Assembly: GCA_951406725.2 (NCBI GenBank)
Contig: OX597822.1
Location: 17,050,001 to 17,114,000 of the forward strand
DNA from: Octopus vulgaris
Lineage: Eukaryota
DNA: 64,000 nt
Reading direction: 5' to 3'
Part shown: in pieces, positions 49,899 through 60,720 of the stretch
Layout: every line of letters starts with the position of its first letter
Position numbering within the stretch: position 1 is the stretch's first letter
Notes under the pieces: generated by a model
Database searches by the model: none
What the model saw: the letters and a program-made list of their open reading frames with translations, nothing else
Told to the model about the DNA's origin: nothing
Position numbers and translations under genes: made by a program

Positions 49899-50765
49899 CA
49901 CACACACACACAGAGAAAGAGAGAAAAAGGTCCTCTCTTTTCCAGACAGAGGAATTTTTACATCTGCTACAATGGACCCAACTCTGAACTTGCAAAATAC
50001 TTTTTTGATTGTAGAAGAGCTGGATTCCAAAGGTCTGGAACTTTCTATACTCAGTTCTATGCACCCGAGACAAGGGAACCAAGTCCTTGTTTTTGATTGA
50101 GAGATTCTTTCTGGAATTCCTTGCATTTCATACGATGTAGTACATACATTTTATTTTTACTGACCAACAGAAAGGACCTTGGAGAATTGATTTGCATATT
50201 ACATAACCAGCAAAAATTTAACCAGTGTAGTGAGGGTTTGATAGAAAGTAACTGAACTCCCATTATCTCACACTTCTTGTCAGCATTTGTTGTTTGCCCA
50301 AACTTTGTATTAACCCCTTGATCTAATTAATCCTTCATTCAATTCAATTCTGAATTCCTTCCTGATGCTGCTCCCACCCCCCACAACTAAGCTCAAACAG
50401 AATTCACATCAACATCACCAAATTTGGAGGTTTATATTTCGTGTCACAACTTCCTCTTCTTCTTGACTAAATCATGAAAACAACTTAAAATGATCCCTAA
50501 AGGCATAGAAACTGCAGCTTAACTGTAATCTTCTTTCATGTAAAAATATAATTATCTTATCTATAAACCCAGAAATAATTCAATTGATTTTGTTTGTTTA
50601 TTGTTTATACTATCCTCTTCCTCCTCCTCCTCCTCCCTACTACAAAAATTAGAATAAAAAACACAAACAAAATTTGCAATGAGTTTGTTTCAACAATCTT
50701 CTAAATATTATACTAATTATACTAATGTGAGTTATTGACATTTTGGTTAATAAGTTTAGAGCAAC

Positions 50766-51149
50766 TCTCTTTTACTTGTTTCAGTCATTTTGACTGCGGC
50801 CATGCTGGAGCACCGCCTTTAGTTGAGCAAATTGACCCCGGGACTTATTCTTTGTAAGCCCAGTGCTTATTCTATCGGTCTCTTTTGCCGAACCACTAAT
50901 TTACGGGGACGTAAACACCAGCATCGGTTGTCAAGCAATGCTAGGGGGACAAACACAGACACACACACATATATATATACATATATACGACAGGCTTCTT
51001 TCAGTTTCCGTCTACCAAATCCACTCACAAGGCATTGGTCAGCCTGGGGCTATAGCAGAAGACACTTGCCCAATATGCCACGCAGTGGGACTGAACCCGA
51101 AACCATGTGGTTGGTTAGCAAGCTACTTACCACACAGCCACTCCTGCGC
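50766..51149 (-). mobile_element. tRNA-derived SINE family A, full length
   Basis: Minus head gcgcaggagtggctgtgtggtaag (A box)...gggttcagtccc (B box); central (TA/TG)n; tail ...gactgaaacaagtaaaagag. Confidence 0.9.
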
Positions 51150-51205
51150 AACTGTTAGTTTTATTATTATTATTGTTATAATTGTTATTATTATTGTCAG
51201 TATTA

Positions 51206-51747
51206 CAGTAATCCCTTGACTATCACAGGTGATATGCTCCAAAATCTCCTGCAACAGGTGAAACTCCATATATTTTTATTATTATTTTTATAATTTTACT
51301 CTTTTTACTTGTTTCAGTCATGTGACTGTGGCCATGCTGCAGCACTGCCTTTAGTCGAGCAAATCGACCCCAGGATTTATTCTTTGTAAGCCTAGTACTT
51401 ATTCTATCGGTCTCTTTTGCTGAACCGCTAAGTTATGGGGACGCAAACACACCAGCATCGGTTGTCAAGTGATGTTGGGGCGGGACAAACACACACACAT
51501 ATATACGACGGGCTTATTTCAGTTTCTGCCTACCAAATCCACTCACAAGGCTTTGGTCGGCCCGAGGCTATAGTAGAAGACACTTGCTCAAGGTGCCATG
51601 CAGTGGGACTGAACCCAGAACCATGTGGTTGGTAAGCAAGCTACTTACCACACAGCCACTCCTGCGCATTTTATTACAAATGTAAAACAACACCACAGAG
51701 GAATCGACGTCAGCTTCAATAGACCACGATATGGTGAGGGATTACTG
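51206..51747. mobile_element. Tigger/pogo-like MITE (TA TSD) containing a nested SINE A
   Basis: TA|CAGTAATCCCT ... AGGGATTACTG|TA. Confidence 0.7.
51293..51667 (-). mobile_element. SINE family A, full length, nested in MITE
   Basis: High identity to 50766..51149. Confidence 0.9.
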
Positions 51748-52695
51748 TATAATTATTATTATTATTGTTATTATCATTGCTTTTTATAGCCAGGGAAAGA
51801 ATAAGAAATAAGAAATTGTAAATATAAAATTTATACACTGTTTGTGAAGGTTCCATGAAGTAGTGCTTCTCACATCTACTTAACATGCACAAGATTGTGA
51901 GTTTGAAACTTGCTGGAACCGTAGCTGACATTTTAAACCATCCAACACACGCCAGCATGGAAACGGATGCTAAACGATGATGATGATGACTTCATTGAAA
52001 AGAATTTGAATCTATTTGTTTGTGTGTCTTTCTTTATCTCGAGGTGTGGTTTGCTTCCATGGCTTGATATTGATTAAGTTATAGATTGGATTGTTGCAGT
52101 GGTTCTACAGCTTCAAAACAATGTCAATATTTATAGAACCATTGCCCTAACAACAATTTGGCACACAGACTCCACTAATTAATTCATTATGAAACTTCAT
52201 CTACAACTTACACCTTTGTTTTTTGTTTTCCTTTATTACACAATCTTAATTATACAATTACTAGTTGTTTAGTTCATGTCAGCCTTGATTGAATAAACCA
52301 ATAATGAAAGGAAGTATTCCAACCAGGACCATCCTGTTGGTTTCAATGGCATTCTTGGTTTAAGACACTGAGAGTGTAATTTGAGAGAAATTTAGTCATT
52401 ATTTCTAGCAAGCCCAGCAACCAAGTAGAAGTTCTCCTTTGGGTTTGTTATGTTTTATGTCCATTTTCCTATGTCAGCATGGATCAAATACATATCTTAA
52501 CAAAGAATTGTTGCATAGTTATATGTGCTTTCTGATGTTAACTGTTTCCAGTACATACACACACACACACACACATATATATATACGTGTGTACATAAAT
52601 ATATACACACAAACATGTGTATGTGTGTGTATATATATATATATATGCATATCTACATATACATAGATGTAGAAATATCTGTGTATATACATATA

Positions 52696-53062
52696 TTCTT
52701 TTATTTGTTTGTCATTTGACTGTGGCCATGCTGGAGCACCACTTTAAGCAGGTTTAGTCAAACAAATCGACTCCAGAACTTACTCTTTGTAAGCCTAGTA
52801 CTTATTCTATCGGTCTCTTTTGCTCAACCGCTAAGTTATGGGGACATAAACACACCAACATTGGTTGTCAAGTGATAGTCAGAGGACAAAGACAGACACA
52901 AATGTATGCATACATACATACATACATACATATATATATATGTGTATGTATGTATATGACAGGCTCCTTTCAGTTTCCGTCTACCAAATCCACTCACAAG
53001 GCTTTGGTGGACCCGAGACTCTTGCCCAAGGTACCATGCAGTGGGACTGAACCTGGAACCAC
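52696..53062 (-). mobile_element. SINE family A, head truncated
   Basis: Same body as the other A copies. Confidence 0.8.
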
Positions 53063-53342
53063 ATATAATGCATTTACATGCATATATACATCTACCTACA
53101 TACAAACATACACATAAAACTAGCTCTCAGAGAAACTAAAGCAAATGTGAATGAGTGAGGGCATGTCATTGATGATGTTGTGAATAGTAATGAAAGGATT
53201 CTGACAGGGAATACTAACAACCAAGTGATTCTTCAAACAACACATTAAACAAATCATTGAATAGGTTGTTGATGAAATAAAGAAATGGTACTGAACCAGA
53301 GCATGTGTTTAATTTTCATTGACACAATGATCCTCCCTTGAC

Positions 53343-53402
<60 letters not shown>

Positions 53403-53454
53403 GTAATCAAAATAAGCAACAAGTATATCTGAGGTAATGTGGTATGATCGTTTC

Positions 53455-53543
53455 ATGCTACTTCATTTTATTAAACACTGTAAGTATTACATCAGTTTAA
53501 AACTGATGTAATACTTACAGTGTTTAATAAAATGAAGTAGCAT
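53455..53543. repeat. Perfect palindrome, 44-bp arms, in a (TA)n-flanked block
   Basis: ATGCTACTTC...ACATCAGTTT-A-AAACTGATGT...GAAGTAGCAT; outer TAATCAAAAT/ATTTTGATTA also inverted. Confidence 0.9.
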
Positions 53544-54062
53544 TTTGATTATAATCACCCCATGGATTTATATGGGTAATAGCATACAAAATTCTGGTGC
53601 CTTTGACGTAAGTACCATATTCATCTGAATCTAAATTTTGATGAACTTATTATATATATATAAATATGATGTGTTTATCTAAGTAAATAAGTGTGTGTTT
53701 AATTTTGAACAAATTTTACCCTTTGTGAACATATCAAATTTAATTAAGAAAAAATTATGCTTAAATCTTCAAAATGAGATTTAGGTTTATGGTTTTTGGG
53801 TGGACAACTGTACATGAATTCATAAATATTTTACATATGTTGCTTTTAATTGTAATTAGCCTATTTGAGAGATAAACGAGGTTGTGTATATTTCTGATAT
53901 TTTGAGATTACAGATAATTAAGTCAGTTTTGTGTACAGACAATAAATGTCATCGCATCAATTGGGAATTGCTGAACACATATGGTGTGAGATAGAAAACC
54001 ATACATATGGAATGTGTGTATATGTGCATGAGTGTATACATATGTGTGTGTGTGTGCTTGTG

Positions 54063-54095
<33 letters not shown>

Positions 54096-54098
54096 ATA

Positions 54099-55785
54099 TC
54101 ATCATCGTTTAACGTCCGTTTTCCGTGCAAGCACGGGTTGGACGGTTTGACCGGGGTCTGCGAAGCCAGGAGGCTGCACCAGGCTCCAGTCTGATCTGGC
54201 AGTGTTTCTACAGCTGGATGCCCTTCCTAACGCCAACCACTCCGTGAGTGTAGTGGGTGTTCTTTACGTGCCACCGGCACAGGTGCCAGGGGAGGCTGGC
54301 AGTGGCCATGATCGGTTGGTGCTTTTTACGTGTCACTGGCACAGAAGCCAGTCAAGGCGGCGTTGGCATCGGCCACGTTCGGATGGTGCCTTTTATGTGC
54401 CACCGGCACAGGTATCACAACTACTATTTCCATTTGATATTCATTTTGATGTTGATGTACTTGACTCAATAGGTCTCCTAAAGCACAGGAGGTCACTCTA
54501 CGATCCAAGGTAAGCACAACAGGTTGTTCTGCAATCCAAGGTACTTTGAATGGGCTGGGGCTATGCAAAACTGGTGCAGGAAGCAGCCCGGGTCTTTGCA
54601 GTCACAGTATATCTCCAGAGATCTTGGTCTTTCGTTATTGCCTTTGTGAGGCCCAACGCTCGGAGGTCATGCTTGACTACCTCATCCCATGTCTTCCTGG
54701 GTCTACTTCTCCCCCTGATACCGTCAACTGTTTGGGAGTGGCACTTCTTCACACATCTCCCTTTATCCATCCGTAGTACATGACCATACAAAATGTCTCT
54801 CTGGCACACTATATCTGATGCTTCTTATGTCCAACATTTCTCTCAGGGCGCTTACACTGACATTACACATCCAGTGAATCATACTAGCTTCATTTCTTTC
54901 AAGCCTATGCATGTCTTCCGCAGTCACAACCCATGTTTCACTACCGTGAAGCATGGCAGTTCGTACACATGCATCATACAATCTACCTTTCACTCTGAGC
55001 GAGAGACCCTTTGTCACCAGTAGGGGTAGGAGCTTTCTAAACTTAGTCCAGGCTATTCGTATTCTAGTGGTGACACTCTCTGAGCATCCACCTCCATTAC
55101 TAACTTGGTCTTGGTCACCTAGGTAGCGGAAACTATCAACTACTTCTAGTTTCTCCCCCTGGAGTGTGATGGAATCTGTTTTCTGAGTATCTGTGGTGTC
55201 TATTGTCCCTGTGCATCTGCCACACATGAAAGCTATCTTATCAGTTAATTTCCCTTTGATGTTGCTGCACCTCTTATGCGTCCATAGCTTATACTGGGTA
55301 CATCTTATGGAGTTTCTACCTACACCTTTCCTACAGATCGAGCAGGGCCACCTGTGTGTGATGAGTTCGCCTTTCGGCTTACTATAACTTTGGTCTTTGC
55401 TACATTTACTCTAAACCTTGCTTCCACACCCGAAATTTCTTTTCTAGTTCCGGTAGTGATTCTGCTATGAGGGCCAGGTCATCAGCATAGAGGAGCTCCC
55501 AGGGGCAACTTGTCTTGAATTCCTCTGTTATTGCCTGGAGGACTATGATGAATAAAAGGGGACTGAAGGCTGATCCTTGGTGGACTCCAACGGCTACTCA
55601 GAATTCTTCACTATACTCATTGCCAATCCTAACCTTGCTGACAGCCTCTCTATATAGGGCCTGTACAGCCCTTATTAACCATTCGTCAATCCCCAGTTTC
55701 CGCATCGCCCACCAGATAAGGGATCGGGGGACCCTGTCAAAAGCTTTCTCTAAGTCCACGAAAGCTATGTAGAGGGGTTTATCTT

Positions 55786-55789
<4 letters not shown>
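54099..55789 (-). mobile_element. RTE-clade LINE, 5'-truncated, with 3' UTR and (GAT)n tail; PHD-like finger within RT
   Basis: [72 protein letters not shown]...CGRC, VDSFRYLG, MLHGSETW; ends ...aaaacggacgttaaacgatgatgat. Confidence 0.93.
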
Positions 55790-55818
<29 letters not shown>

Positions 55819-55819
55819 A

Positions 55820-56662
55820 CACATCTCGAATTACCCATATGAACATATGCAAACAAAAACACAAACCAAACTTCAGCAAAAAAGAATGGGCTGAGCTGAA
55901 CAAATTAAAACAAGACAAAACAATAACAATCAAAGAGGCCGATAAAGGGAGTGCAGTTGTCTTAATGGACACAACATTTTACATAACTTTAGTACTATCT
56001 GTGTTGGAAGACACAACATATTATGAAAAGGCACAAAACTACAGTCAACAAAAAATAATGAGGGAACTAAAATCAATGTTAAACCCATACAAAGAAGGGC
56101 TCACCGACAAAGAATATGACTATATGACCAATTTCACAAGTAAACCCAGCCAATTCTACGGTATCTCTAAGATACACAAAAGTGAGAAAATAAGTAACGC
56201 ATGCAAGATAGCCACAGACAAAATAATTAAAGTCCCTAATCCTAATGACCTCAAATTGAGACCCATAATAGCAGGTCCCGCATGCGAAACCCACCGCCTC
56301 AGTAACTTTTTAGACACCCTGTTAAAACCACTCCTCAAACATGTCAAAAGCTATATAAGGGACGACTTGGATATCCTCAATCACCTACCTAATACTATAA
56401 ACAAAAACACCCTACTGGTATCCTTCGATGTAGTCAAGCTCTATTCCAATATCCCCCACAACCTAGGAATAGAGGCAATTCAATTCTGGCTAGAGAATCA
56501 CGCCAACGAACTCCCACATCGCATCAAAAAAAAATTCGTGATAAAAGGGGTTAAATTCATTCTGGAAAATAACTTCTTCGCCTTCAAAGACAACTTCTAC
56601 CGACAAAAATCGGGGACTGCGATGAACACGCGAATGGCCCCCTCCTTTGCCAACCTTTGTAA
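55820..56662 (+). mobile_element. Neptune-type PLE RT fragment (open 285-aa frame), truncated at both ends
   Basis: IKEADKGSAVVLMD, FYGISKIHKS, LRPIIAGPAC, SYIRDDLD, LVSFDVVKLYSNIP, YRQKSGTAMNTRMAPSFANL; breaks before the YxDD motif. Confidence 0.9.
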
Positions 56663-56847
56663 TGTACATACATATGTACATTACACTTTTCATTAGAATT
56701 AGCAGAAATATCCAAATGTGACTCAGGAACCAAGGGTTTTGTGCATAGCACATATCAAACTCATAGACTGAGTTTTATTTCTCATTTGTTCTACAGAACC
56801 AATATACATACATACCCATAATATATATATTGTCTGGTTTTATAACT

Positions 56848-57053
56848 CTTTCTACTATAGACACAAGGCCAGCTATTGGGTGGGGGCTGGGGGTGGTGGG
56901 TAAGTCAATTATATCAACCCCAATGTCCACTTATTTTATCATCCCTGAAAGGATGAAAGGCAAAGCTGACCTTGGTGGAATTTGAACTCAGAACATAAAG
57001 CAGAATGAAATGCCACTAAGCATTTCCCTCAGCTTGCTAATGATTCTGCCAGC
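56848..57053 (-). mobile_element. SINE family C
   Basis: tttctactatagacacaaggcc...ggatgaaaggcaaagctgaccttggtggaatttgaactcagaac...gattctgccagct. Confidence 0.75.
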
Positions 57054-57227
57054 TGTCTTCATGGCAAGGATTCTGAGTCATTAATAAAAACAGTTTTGCA
57101 CTTCCTTAAGGAGGATAATGTTGACAGTGACTTTTTAGCTTTCTTAGTCTTCCTCAGACAATCTGACAAAGGCTAAGCAAACTAACACTTCAAAGTCAAT
57201 GTCAACACTATTCTTGTCAAAGAATAA

Positions 57228-57491
<264 letters not shown>

Positions 57492-57541
57492 TATAAATAT
57501 ATAAGTATAAAACACACACACATATATATATATATATAAAG

Positions 57542-57580
<39 letters not shown>

Positions 57581-58234
57581 AGCACACACACACGCATCTA
57601 TAAATGTTTAATTATAGATATGTATATATTTGTGTGTGTGTGTGTGTGTGTCATTACACACGCATACACACATAAATTACTGCTAAACTAATCCCGTGAA
57701 GCCCAGCAACTGATTTCTGCTCAATATGGCGGCCATTATTGAAACATCAAGCATAAATATCATAAAAATGTATTAAAAATTCATTAGATGAGTATTGCTA
57801 GTATTCTTAATTTAGGAAGAGGACATCTAGCAGTTGATGACTGAACCAATTAATTTTAAACATGAGAAGAGGTTATTAAACCAGAGAGCTTTAATTAAAT
57901 AAATTTCTTCTTTTTTTTATTCTCTGAACAAAGCAAAAACACTTTGTAAACTTGATATGAAGTGTTTGGAATTCAGTTGTCAATCTTGTTTTCATGAAGG
58001 ATGAAGAAGACAGGGTTCTAAAGGGGATCCATCAACTGTATTATTGCAAAAATATACTTAAGAGATAAAACTTTTGATTAATGATGATAAATTGCCAAAG
58101 ACAATTCTTAAGAAGTTAGTATGTGTTTAATTGTAACCAGTCTTAACCAAGACATCTGCTGTAAATGTGCCAGATGCTGTGATTAAATAATAATAATAAT
58201 AACAATAACAATAATAATAATGATGATAATAATA

Positions 58235-58266
<32 letters not shown>

Positions 58267-58289
58267 AATAATAATAATAATAATAGTAA

Positions 58290-58798
58290 ACTGATTGGAA
58301 GTGTTATCATGTACATTGTTTTGTCTTGGTATAAAAGATGGGCTACAGCAAATATTCTGCTCAATACCACAGATTTGCTTGTCAGTTGTTTGACCTTAAC
58401 CAGTTGACCATGTCCCTTAGTGGCTGATGATGTGTGCATCTCTGATCATGAGCAGAAGTAGTGGGGAGCATCATAGCCATGTGTTGAGAGGAATTCTTTG
58501 GGGTTTGAATATTTCACCTCTGGAAACATGGGTGTTTCGTTCAACATCCTTAAACAACCCTTATTCAGGGACCGTTTGAGTGGGATGGACTACTCGACCA
58601 GAAGAAAATTCTAACTGGGCCCCACCTGCAAGGTCATGTGCTGTTTATCTTGATATGAGATCACCATATCGCACACATATGGTTGTGATGCATGTGCCTA
58701 GTATACCCTTATCAGACGGGTAGTCATGATGGGTATACTGGGCTTCGTATATTTTACCCCAGTGTCACTTTGATGGCATGCACTGCTCTCTCACTCAA
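58290..58798 (+). mobile_element. Second copy of the (TAA)n-flanked ~530-bp non-coding element
   Basis: Reverse complement of 6462..6950; ends ...ctctctcactcaataataat. Confidence 0.8.
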
Positions 58799-59680
58799 TA
58801 ATAATAATAATAATAATAAAAGAAGGTGTAGCATTAAATGTAGCTTGACTATCAGGCAATATAGAGAGAAAGAATTTTGGATGGAAATGCTACCATGTGT
58901 TTTGTTAATGACATGTTTCTGAAAAAAAAAAAATTTTGAAATTTATCTACGATAAAAGTAACAAAATAGAAATAAAGAGAAACAAAATAAGTCATTAATT
59001 TTTGTTAATAAGCAAGAACTTTAACATGATTTTTAAAAACTTTATTTATAATTTTTACTATAAAATATCTCTTTAGTTTCTGTTTTTTATTGTTTTTTTT
59101 TTTACACAAAACTGTAACATTTTTATAGTTAGTGTAACAAATGGGAATAAACAAAATAATAATAATAATAATAAAAACCCAAATAAAATAAAAACCAAGC
59201 CTTGACCAAAACTATTCAAGTTAAATACAAATTAGCCATCACACATACGTGATGGTTTTCATCCCTTTCAATGTTTTTCTGTTGCTGTTTAATGAGGTTA
59301 AATATTTGAACTTTGGAAAGAAATGGATTGCTGCAACTAAACAACAAAATGTACCCAGAATAAAAAGGGTCAATTCGAATTGTAGGTCAACATTTCACAG
59401 ATGAAAAAAAAAAAAGATTTATTAGAGTTCTACAATAACATTAAATCATTTTAACAGAATCAGTTTTTATAACATACGGAAATTACTTTTACCTTTTTTT
59501 ATGTCCAGAAATGTGAATGTCATTTGATTTCCTTTGCATGGCTCTCTATCAGTTTCAGTTCTTTTATTGATCACATTTTTAATTTATTCCTAGTTTTAAA
59601 CTTCCTATCTTCCATTACACTCACTTAATTGGTTTCTGATACTGACTCCCCTGACCCCCTCATCTCTCATCCCTGATCAG

Positions 59681-59734
59681 GTTTTACTGTTTCTGCTGGC
59701 AACTAATGCAGATTATCAGAATAATCAAGAACTG
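59681..59734 (+). CDS. Candidate 54-nt exon of an unidentified gene
   Basis: Branch-like CTGAC (59642, 59651), pyrimidine tract, CAG acceptor, consensus donor CTG|GTAAGT; frame 0 VLLFLLATNADYQNNQEL (frame 1 also open). Confidence 0.4.
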
Positions 59735-60689
59735 GTAAGTCAATACAGTAATTGACACAATATTTTCCGGTTTTTGCCTGCTATTGTTGCTAACCTCACA
59801 AGGAAACCAGAAGAAGAATGAAAAGTGAGAGAATACTTTAACACACAACATACAAAAATTATATATATATATATATATCTACCAGTGAATCCAAACTAAC
59901 AAGAAAAAATAACAAGAAAAAATAAAACAAAAATGAGAAAAAAACCCCATACCCCCTCCCCCATTGTCACATTATTTGGACTAAATGAAAGTCTGAACAG
60001 TTTTTATTTGTTATGATTTTTTAATTTATTTGATTTTTTTATAAACTTAATCAATAATTTTCTTTTCTTTCTATCTATAAACTGTATTGACATTAGGTTC
60101 AAAGCTATAATTAAATTTGTAATTAATTCCATTATTTTTCTTTAAAGTTAAACTTTTTAATAAAGTAATTAAAATACATGTTGTAAATGTAACAATGACA
60201 AAAAGAAGAGAAAAAAAGGCAATAAACAAAATGATAAAATGTACTTATTTAGCTTGCAGAGGAAATAACATAATTAATGCTGAGAAAAAAAGAAAGAAAA
60301 GAAAGAAGAAAAAAAGCTCTTTTACTCTTCACCTCTTACTAAAATCTAAACATTAAGTAGAGATTAAACTGAGCTAAAACATCATGATGTTCATTAAAAA
60401 GGTTAAATGCTTTTCAAAAAACACACATCAGCAGAAATGGAATCATAGAATCCAAAAGCTATTCAAGATCTGTAAAATGTAGACTTAAGTTTTCCATAAA
60501 ATACTATTTCATAGAATAACAGCCATTTAATGTTGCAGGTGAATTAAAAGATGGAATTTTTCATGAATGTGCATGTGTGTGTGTGTGCGTGTATGCATGT
60601 ATGATGTCTAGAAAGCATAGTTTAGCTAAACAATATGGTTAGATGAATTATCTGAACAATTTTTATACCCAACTAAAGTAAAACAAATT

Positions 60690-60720
<31 letters not shown>

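Noticed and set aside
57721-57741. YY1-like promoter motif (AATATGGCGGCC)
   Set aside because: Single short motif with no other promoter evidence.
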